Positions 1 through 7,653 of a DNA stretch of 64,000 nucleotides are shown in pieces. The translations under genes were made by a program, and so were the position numbers. Below the pieces are notes generated by a model. The model saw only the letters and a program-made list of their open reading frames with translations, searched no databases and had not been told where the DNA came from. Origin of the DNA: Escherichia coli (GTDB lineage Bacteria; Pseudomonadota; Gammaproteobacteria; Enterobacterales; Enterobacteriaceae); assembly GCF_046105845.1 (NCBI RefSeq), contig NZ_CP151004.1; one strand, given 5' to 3'. Each line of letters opens with the position of its first letter. Positions within the stretch are counted from its first letter, which is position 1.

Positions 1-3000
1 GTGGTGTATTCCACATTGTTAATCGTAACGGTAAGCGGCGTGCCTTCAGCCAGCCCCGAGCTACTGCCGCTGACCACCAGCGCCTGCCCGTGCTCGATGA
101 TATTGACCACATCATCGCCTGCCACCGTATCGACCCGCAGACCGGGCAGATTGGCGTCGATGGTGATATCCCGCGTGCCGCTGCCGGTGTTGCCGTTTTG
201 ATTGGTGACCGAGGCGCTCACCGTTAAATCGCCATTACCCAGCGCCTGAATAGCGTCCGCCGGAATGCTCACGCTCCAGCTTAATCCCGGCTGTACGGTG
301 GTGGTGTAGGTATTGCCACCCAGCGTAACGGTTACCGCGTCGCCAACGGCGGCTCCAGTCACCTGCCCGCTGATGGTTTGCGCGACGCCCGCTTCGGCGG
401 CGTTAATAATATCGTCGGTTGCCACCGGGTTAATGGTCACGCCGGGCAGCGCGCTGTCAACCAGCACGTTATGGCTGGCGGTGGCGCTGTTGCCGATATT
501 ACTCGTCACCGCCGCCGTTACCGTGTAGTTGGCCTGGCCCAGTGCGGTTACCGCCGATGCCGGAACGGTGACGCTCCAGTTGCCGGAGGCGTCGGTCGTG
601 GTGGTGTAATTTTGCCCGTTCAGCGTCACGGTGATGGCGGTATTGGCTGGCTGATCGCTGGTACCGGTAATCTGGACATCAGCCCCTTTTTCGCTGGCGT
701 TTATCACATCATCGCCAGCAATGGTGTTAATACCAATTACTGGCGCGGCGGTATTGACCGTGACAGTCAGTGACTGGCTGCCCGTGTTTCCGGCGCGGTC
801 AGTCACTGACACGTTGATCGGATAACTGCCATCCACCAGTCCGCTGACAACGGAAGCCGGAACGCCCAGGCTCCAGTTGCCGGAACCATCCACCACCGTG
901 GTGTAATCCACATTATTCAGCGTCACGGTGACGATATCGCCCGCCTGAGCGCCAGTAACCGTGCCGCTGATGATTTGCGCCTGGGTGTGTTCCGGCGTGT
1001 TGATGACGTTATCGGTCGCCACCGGATTAATGGTTACCACCGGCGGCGTGGCATCGACCAGCGCCACGCGTGAGACGCTGGTCGGGTTACCGGCGATATC
1101 GTTCACGCTGGCGGTGACGGTGGCGTTGCCGTCAGCCAGTGCGCCAACGTTGGCGGCGGGAACGGTCACGCTCCAGGTGCCGTCTGGCTGCACGACGCCC
1201 TGGTACGTCTGCCCGTTCAGCGTCACCGTTACCGTCTGCCCCGGCTGGGCGTCGGTGGTGCCGGTGATTTGCAGATCCTGACCACTTTCGGCGGCGTTAA
1301 TGATGTTATCAGCGGTCAGTGGATCGATACTTAAGGCCGGGGCCTGGCTGTCGACGGTAATGGTGCGAGAGGTGTTGCCGGTATTGCCGCTGAGATCCGT
1401 CACAGAAGCGGTAATCGCCACCGCGCCGTCAGGCAGATTTCCCATCGCGGCGGCAGGTACCGTCAGACTCCAGGAGCCATCAGCCTGCACGGTAGTAGTA
1501 AAACTCTGTCCAGCCAGGGTTACTGTGACGGTTTGTCCTGTCTCGGCCTGTTGAGTGCTACCGGTAAGGGTCAGTGGCGCACCTTTTTCTGCGCCACTGA
1601 TAATGTCATCGCCGGAGACGGTGTTAATGGTGATTAACGGAGAGACACCGACCAGCGTGATTGCTCGAGACGCCGCGCCGGTATTTCCTGCAGTATCTGT
1701 CACGGTGACGAAAATCGTATTGGCTCCGCGATCCAGCGTGCGGGTTACCGCTGGGTCCAGCGCCACATTCCAGCTGCCATCTGCCAGCACAATGCCCGTC
1801 AGGACATGAGTGCCCAATTTCACCGTTACCGTATCGCCAGGAGAAGCACCGCTGACTTGTCCGGAGATGATCTGCGCGACGGCCTGCTCAGCATTATTAA
1901 GAATATCGTCGCCCGCTACGGTATTAACACTGACCACGGGTGCTGAGGTATCTACCGTGAAATTCGCGCTGTGGCTGGTGCTGTTCCCAGCCCGATCGCT
2001 GACACTGGCATTGACAGCGTAATTACCCTCCGCCAGCGCCTGGACTTCCGTGGCTGGCAGCGTCACTTGCCAGGTTCCGTCGCTACCGACGGTTGCTGTA
2101 TGGCTTTTCCCGTTGACGGTCAGTGTTACGGTTTGCCCCGCTTCTGCATTCGACGTGCCGCTCAGTACCAGCGCGACGTTATGTTCCGCAGCACTGATGA
2201 TGTTGTCCTGAGCGATGGTGTTGATGGCAAGCGTTGGCGGTTGGGTATCGACCGTTAAAAGCTGCGCGCCGGTGACCGTATTGCCTGTGGCGTCTTTCCC
2301 GCTGACCAGCACTGCCTGATTCCCTTCGCCTAACGCCTGTGCATCGGCGGTCGGCACCTGCACGCTCCAGGCACCGTTAGCGCCTACGCTGGTGGTGTAG
2401 GTTTTGCCGTTTAGCGTAACGGTGAGTTCTGTTCCCTGCGCCAGATGGCTACTGGTACCAGAAAGCGTAAACCCGGCGGCCTGTTCGCTGGCGTTAATAA
2501 TGTTATCGCCTGCGGTGGTGGCAACCTGCACGCTGGCCTGACTATTGTCGATGGTTAACGTTATCGAACCGGCGTCAGTGATGGTACTGCCGACAATTTG
2601 CACCACTGACCAGGTATGTTCACCTGCACTTTGCGTGGGTAACGAGACACTCCAGTGACCGTTGTTGTCTACCTGAGTACTGGCAATAGTATTGCCGTTA
2701 CTGTCTTTAATCTGAATAGTCGCCCCCGCCTGCCCGCTGCCGCTAAAGGTTGGCGTGGTATCATCGGTGATGTCATTGGTGGCGAGAATGCCGCGCTGAT
2801 CGCCCTGATTATCGATAACTAAAAATGATGGTGTGGCAACACCCGGTTCAGGCACAGGCTCAGCGGGTGGCGTAGGGTTATTAATCACTTCCGTTTTCGA
2901 GTCGCCATCACCACCGCTTGCCAGCAGTGCACCAAGCGCACCACCACCTACCGCCGCCCCCGCCAGCCAACCCCACGGGAAGGCGCTGGTCTGAGCAACG

Positions 3001-3368
3001 GTATCAAGAAATGGCGCAATGCTTTCAATCGCAGTGGTCTGGGCAGTCAGTTCTACGGGGGCTAATCCACCCGCAGCAGTATCGGCGAAGGTGACATGGG
3101 TTAGCTGTTGCCCATCGGCAAACACCAGTTCCGATTGTTCAGCTGTATTCGCCGCTTGCAGGAAATAACCGTTGCAGCGGATCACCGTGCCGTCCTGCAT
3201 ATAGATCAGCAGGTCATTTCCTTCACGGACGTAACGCGCAACGGCAGAGGCCTGAGCATGAACCTGCACCACGGAAGGCTCATAAATAACAACCGTGACG
3301 TCGCCAGGATTAATCAGCGTTTGTTTGACGGATGTTTTACGCGAAATAACATCAATAATCAGGCTCAT
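1..3368 (-). CDS. Giant tandem-repeat Ig-like adhesin, probable type I secretion substrate; 5' portion only, gene continues past window start
   Basis: Manual minus-strand translation from ATG at 3368-3366 (AGGAA 8 nt upstream) reads MSLIIDVISRKTSVKQTLINPGDVTVVIYEPSVVQVHAQA... with no stops over the stretch checked (3061-3368); downstream shows ~100-aa Thr/Val/Gly-rich repeats. Absent from ORF track because no stop lies in the window. Confidence 0.7.
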   Translation of the reverse strand, partial: MSLIIDVISRKTSVKQTLINPGDVTVVIYEPSVVQVHAQASAVARYVREGNDLLIYMQDGTVIRCNGYFLQAANTAEQSELVFADGQQLTHVTFADTAAGGLAPVELTAQTTAIESIAPFLDTVAQTSAFPWGWLAGAAVGGGALGALLASGGDGDSKTEVINNPTPPAEPVPEPGVATPSFLVIDNQGDQRGILATNDITDDTTPTFSGSGQAGATIQIKDSNGNTIASTQVDNNGHWSVSLPTQSAGEHTWSVVQIVGSTITDAGSITLTIDNSQASVQVATTAGDNIINASEQAAGFTLSGTSSHLAQGTELTVTLNGKTYTTSVGANGAWSVQVPTADAQALGEGNQAVLVSGKDATGNTVTGAQLLTVDTQPPTLAINTIAQDNIISAAEHNVALVLSGTSNAEAGQTVTLTVNGKSHTATVGSDGTWQVTLPATEVQALAEGNYAVNASVSDRAGNSTSHSANFTVDTSAPVVSVNTVAGDDILNNAEQAVAQIISGQVSGASPGDTVTVKLGTHVLTGIVLADGSWNVALDPAVTRTLDRGANTIFVTVTDTAGNTGAASRAITLVGVSPLITINTVSGDDIISGAEKGAPLTLTGSTQQAETGQTVTVTLAGQSFTTTVQADGSWSLTVPAAAMGNLPDGAVAITASVTDLSGNTGNTSRTITVDSQAPALSIDPLTADNIINAAESGQDLQITGTTDAQPGQTVTVTLNGQTYQGVVQPDGTWSVTVPAANVGALADGNATVTASVNDIAGNPTSVSRVALVDATPPVVTINPVATDNVINTPEHTQAQIISGTVTGAQAGDIVTVTLNNVDYTTVVDGSGNWSLGVPASVVSGLVDGSYPINVSVTDRAGNTGSQSLTVTVNTAAPVIGINTIAGDDVINASEKGADVQITGTSDQPANTAITVTLNGQNYTTTTDASGNWSVTVPASAVTALGQANYTVTAAVTSNIGNSATASHNVLVDSALPGVTINPVATDDIINAAEAGVAQTISGQVTGAAVGDAVTVTLGGNTYTTTVQPGLSWSVSIPADAIQALGNGDLTVSASVTNQNGNTGSGTRDITIDANLPGLRVDTVAGDDVVNIIEHGQALVVSGSSSGLAEGTPLTVTINNVEYT

Positions 3369-3470
3369 AATGGCATTCCTGATAAATGGCGCACATCCTT
3401 AGCGAGTCCATTTATCTAAATAAGACAAAGGTAATCACTTAACAACGGCCCACTATTAATAATGGCAGGA

Positions 3471-4826
3471 TTATTTCAAGTCGGGTAAGTCGTTGTATAA
3501 GCCCTGTTTAATTCCCGCTAATGGAATAAGGTTATTCACCGCAGCGGCATAATTTACGGCGGCGACCCAGCCATCATAATTGGCATTTATTTCAGCCGAT
3601 TGCGCCTGAAAGACATCTTGCTCGACGGTTAATAGATCATTCAGACTGCGTTTGCCCAATTTATATTCATTTTGGTACACTTCTCGCGTTTTGTGCGCAC
3701 TTTCGGATTGTGCTAAACCGGCTTCTTCGCGACCTCGTGCGCCGGTCCAGTTCGCATATGCCACAGACGCTCGTTGCAGCACATCCAGTTTTGCCTGTTC
3801 GACCTGCGAGGCAGAGATTTTTTGTTGCCCTTCAGCTTGTTGCACCTGGGCTGAAACTGCGCCGCCCTGATACAGCGGCGCGTTAACGTTCAGTTGTAAC
3901 TGATCATCCCAATACGAGCGGTCGCTGGTCTGGTAGCGCGTTTTGCCCCCCTGAATACTCAGCGTTGGCCAGTATTGCGCTTTCGTTTTTTCCACGCCGT
4001 ACTGTGCTGACTGGCGTAAGTTTTCTGCCGCCAGCACCAGCGGGATGGACTGGTAATCAATATTTTTCAGCGACACCGGCTGCTCGGCTAATTCAGCAGG
4101 TGGCGCGGCTATCGCCTCCGGCTGTACGCCAGTGAGCACCGCCAGTTGCGCTTTGGCGCTTGCCATCTGCGCCTGATATTGCTCCAGCGTTGAGCGCATT
4201 CCGGCAATGCGCGTCTGGGCTTGTAATTCATCCGACGATGAGTTCAGGCCAGCGTTAGCGCGCAATGCCGCCATGTTGTAGACGTTTTCCAGCGAGTGAA
4301 TATTGCGTTGAGCCGCATCGCACAAAGCCTGATAACGACTGACTTCCATATAGGCAGTCGCCGTTTTCTCTGCAACATCGGTTAAGGTTGCCATCAATTT
4401 AAAGCGGTAGCTGTCACGGGCGGCAGTTTGCAGATTGATATCGTTGTTTGTTTTACCAAAGTCATACACCAGCTGTGTCAGGGTTATGCCATACGAAACG
4501 TTGTTATCAAGCCTGCCGCTGGAATCCGTTTGTCGGGACGGCCCCGCGTTGCCGGTTAATCCAACGTGCGGATACCAGGCACTTTTGGCTTCATCAATTT
4601 GCGCTTCGCCAATGCCTATCTGCGCCGCCTGTTGAGTGACGTCGGGATTTCGCGCAAAGGCGCGTAATATACTTTCCTGTAAAGATAATCGGGCAACTGG
4701 CGTTACCGCTGGGGCGTTCGCCCATTGTGGCAGCGGTGCAGCAATTGTAGCTTCTCCCATCACCATAAAACTTATTAAAAAAATAAACCCATTATTTTTA
4801 CGGCTTTTAAACTGGAATCGCGCCAT
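3471..4826 (-). CDS. TolC-family outer membrane efflux protein, probable type I secretion outer-membrane component
   Basis: 451-aa ORF with N-terminal signal-like hydrophobic segment and TolC-like composition; sits directly upstream of the adhesin gene on the same strand. Confidence 0.75.
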   Translation of the reverse strand: MARFQFKSRKNNGFIFLISFMVMGEATIAAPLPQWANAPAVTPVARLSLQESILRAFARNPDVTQQAAQIGIGEAQIDEAKSAWYPHVGLTGNAGPSRQTDSSGRLDNNVSYGITLTQLVYDFGKTNNDINLQTAARDSYRFKLMATLTDVAEKTATAYMEVSRYQALCDAAQRNIHSLENVYNMAALRANAGLNSSSDELQAQTRIAGMRSTLEQYQAQMASAKAQLAVLTGVQPEAIAAPPAELAEQPVSLKNIDYQSIPLVLAAENLRQSAQYGVEKTKAQYWPTLSIQGGKTRYQTSDRSYWDDQLQLNVNAPLYQGGAVSAQVQQAEGQQKISASQVEQAKLDVLQRASVAYANWTGARGREEAGLAQSESAHKTREVYQNEYKLGKRSLNDLLTVEQDVFQAQSAEINANYDGWVAAVNYAAAVNNLIPLAGIKQGLYNDLPDLK

Positions 4827-5129
4827 AGATAAGTCACTTCCTTCCAGGTCATTATTTTAACTGGTTTTTATAACCAGTCTCATTTTATTAAGAAGGGTAA
4901 TAACTTGTGCATCTCTTTTGTCGATCATTGATATGGGCAAAGAAATGCAGCTAAAAAGCTTATACGTTATTTATTTAGAATACACTACGACTTTTAGATT
5001 ACCATCATACACATTAAGAATAATCCACGGTAATAAGTGATTAGCATCACAGATTTATCGCGTATATATCATTTTTTTGTGACTTATTTATTAAAGGAAT
5101 AAGAAAGGAAATTTGAATTAAAGACAAAG

Positions 5130-5152
5130 GCGCAGTACAGGCTGTACTGCGC
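5130..5152 (-). terminator. Hairpin downstream of ybaT
   Basis: Inverted repeat gcgcagtacag/ctgtactgcgc just 3' of the ybaT stop; weak U-tract. Confidence 0.4.
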
Positions 5153-5163
5153 ACAGAGAGGTG

Positions 5164-6456
5164 TTATACGGTTTTATTGCGCTTCATGACCATTGCCACA
5201 ATAAGGCTGAGTAAGATTGCACCAATAATCCATATCAACGCACGGCTGCCCTGGGACCACAGGCTGTAGATAAAGCCAACGATCACCAACAACATCACCA
5301 ACGTACCTACGATAAGAATCGGCAACGAGGCGTGAATATCATGACGCAGGCGGATCGCCACCACAAACACCGCCAGATAGCAAATCAAAAAGGTGGCGCT
5401 GGCAACGCTGGCGAGTGAGCCTAAATTTAGTGCCGCCGTCATCAGCATAATCAACACCACGACAATGATGTTGCCCCAGGTACTCTGCCGCCACAGGGAT
5501 TTATTCATTAGCTTCGGCAGTTCGCGTTCGCTGCCCATGTTGTCCATGATGTTAAACACGGCGAACAGGTTCGCGTTGATGGCTGAAGCCGTCGCCAGTA
5601 AAGCGCCGATGACGACGATCACATAACCCACATGCCCGAGCAGCGGAGAAGCAGCCTGCGCTACGGCGGTATCGGCATATTTTTCTAACTCTAATGCCGA
5701 TACATCGCTAAGCAAAACCAGCGCCAGCGAGATATAAAGCAATGTGGTAACGCCAATCGCCACCAGAAACGCCCGTGGCATAATGATCTGCGGATCTTTC
5801 ACTTTATCCGCCGCGTTCGCCATCATGCCAAAGCCCGCATAGGCAAGGAAGGTTATCCCGATACAGGAGAAGAACGCACCGGAGCTGGGGGGCGCAGAGA
5901 CGGAAATATGCGCCGGTTGCAGCGACCAGACACCGGCAATAATCAGCAATAACAGGATCATCATTTTAATGCCGACGAGGATCACTTCCAGCCGCCCTAC
6001 CGCATGGTTGCTTAAGGAGTTGAAAAGCGTCATCACCGCAATGATCCCCAACGCGTAGAGCAATATAAGGTGCTCCTCCTGACTGCCTTCATGCAAAAAC
6101 TGCACGGCATAAGCGCCAAAAGCACGGGCGACCATGGCGATGCTCACCGCCAGCGTCAACAGGTACAATAACGAGAGTGCCAGCGAAAAGACGCCGTTGC
6201 CTAATCCGCGACGAAAGAAGTCGATAATACCGCCATTGCTGGGATAGCTCGCCCCCAGGCGCGCATAGGCATAACCGGAAAACATCGCCACAATACCGCC
6301 AAAAGCAAAGGCGACCCAGGTCGAGGCTTCCATTAGCAACGCAGCCTGCCCCAGCAGCGCGAAGATCCCCGCCCCCACCATTGCCCCAATACCGATGGAA
6401 ACGACGTTCCATAGACCGAGGGGTTTGTTATCGTTATTACCTTCCGTGTTCATCAT
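5164..6456 (-). CDS. ybaT: APC-family amino acid transporter YbaT
   Basis: 430-aa polytopic membrane protein; matches recalled YbaT and is directly downstream of glsA. Confidence 0.9.
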   Translation of the reverse strand: MMNTEGNNDNKPLGLWNVVSIGIGAMVGAGIFALLGQAALLMEASTWVAFAFGGIVAMFSGYAYARLGASYPSNGGIIDFFRRGLGNGVFSLALSLLYLLTLAVSIAMVARAFGAYAVQFLHEGSQEEHLILLYALGIIAVMTLFNSLSNHAVGRLEVILVGIKMMILLLLIIAGVWSLQPAHISVSAPPSSGAFFSCIGITFLAYAGFGMMANAADKVKDPQIIMPRAFLVAIGVTTLLYISLALVLLSDVSALELEKYADTAVAQAASPLLGHVGYVIVVIGALLATASAINANLFAVFNIMDNMGSERELPKLMNKSLWRQSTWGNIIVVVLIMLMTAALNLGSLASVASATFLICYLAVFVVAIRLRHDIHASLPILIVGTLVMLLVIVGFIYSLWSQGSRALIWIIGAILLSLIVAMVMKRNKTV

Positions 6457-6458
6457 GA

Positions 6459-7391
6459 TCAGCCCTTAAACACGTTATAGCCGAGTTGCTTAGCGACCGA
6501 TGCCACCATTTTTTGACCGCGAACACTGTTGCCTTCTTCGTCCAGCGGTGGTGAGAACGCGGCAATTCCCATCACGCCAGGGACGACCGCCAGAATACCG
6601 CCACCTACACCGCTTTTGCCCGGTAAACCAACGCGATACGCCCAGTCACCGGAGCGACCATACAGCCCTTCCATCATCATTTCAGCCAGAATGTACGGCA
6701 CGTTGTCGGCCTGAAGAACGCGTTTATGCGTCAGCGGATTCACACCACCCGCCGCCAGCGTCGCGCCAAGCGTTGCCAGTTCAACAGTATTGATGAGCGT
6801 GGAGCACTGACGGGTGTACACGTCACAGGCTTCCATTGCATCACAATAGAGATATCCGGCGGAGTACAGCAGCCAGGCAATGGCCCGGTTATGGAAGTTG
6901 GTTGTTTGTTCCGACTGGTTTACTTCGTCAGAGAGCGCTACCTGCTCACCAGCCAGTTGTTGTTGGATATGTAAAATTCGCTGCCAGCGTTGTTCGGCAT
7001 TTTCAGCGTTAATCAGGCTGGTGGTGGCAATAGCGCCAGCATTTACCAGTGGCGACAGCGGTTTGCCGCCATGCAACTCTAAGGCGATAACTGAGTTAAA
7101 GGGCAATCCGGTCGGGTCAGCGCCAACTTTGTCCTGTACCGCCTGCGGGCCGACATCTTCTAACGCAAGGGCTAACGTACAGACTTTCGAGATGGATTCC
7201 AGCGCAAAGCGGTAATCACTATCACCCGCGCGATATATGTTGCCATCGCAGGTCACAATAGCCACTGCTGCCAGTTGACCAGGTACATTCGCCAGAAAGG
7301 GAATGTAGTCGGCATTTTGTCCGCCGTTAAGTGAGTGAAATTGGGTGTAAGCCTGATCCACTGCCTGCTGTAATTTGTTTGCATCTAACAT
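6459..7391 (-). CDS. glsA: Glutaminase 1
   Basis: 310-aa ORF matching recalled GlsA/YbaS (MLDANKLQQAVDQAYTQFHSL...). Confidence 0.92.
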   Translation of the reverse strand: MLDANKLQQAVDQAYTQFHSLNGGQNADYIPFLANVPGQLAAVAIVTCDGNIYRAGDSDYRFALESISKVCTLALALEDVGPQAVQDKVGADPTGLPFNSVIALELHGGKPLSPLVNAGAIATTSLINAENAEQRWQRILHIQQQLAGEQVALSDEVNQSEQTTNFHNRAIAWLLYSAGYLYCDAMEACDVYTRQCSTLINTVELATLGATLAAGGVNPLTHKRVLQADNVPYILAEMMMEGLYGRSGDWAYRVGLPGKSGVGGGILAVVPGVMGIAAFSPPLDEEGNSVRGQKMVASVAKQLGYNVFKG

Positions 7392-7582
7392 CTTTTGTTA
7401 ACTCCTTTTTATAGATGCGGGAGGTAATTCCTCACCCCGGTGCCGATTTTCAGGCATCCTGATTTAACTTAGCACCCGCAACTTAACTACAGGAAAACAA
7501 AGAGATAAATGTCTAATCCTGATGCAAATCGAGCCGATTTTTTAATCTTTACGGACTTTTACCCGCCTGGTTTATTAATTTC

Positions 7583-7613
7583 TTGACCTTCCCCTTGCTG
7601 GAAGGTTTAACCT
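7583..7613 (+). promoter_or_regulatory. copA promoter with CueR (MerR-type) operator
   Basis: -35 TTGACC at 7583-7588; dyad CCTTCC-N7-GGAAGG at 7587-7605; long MerR-style spacer before the -10 region. Confidence 0.75.
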
Positions 7614-7653
7614 TTATCACAGCCAGTCAAAACTGTCTTAAAAGGAGTGTTTT

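Noticed and set aside
313-2258. Series of plus-strand ORFs (71-131 aa) across the first 2.3 kb
   Set aside because: They are antisense frames of the minus-strand repetitive adhesin gene; their low-complexity T/V/A/S/P-rich translations and fragmented lengths mirror the repeats, and the minus strand carries the continuous frame.
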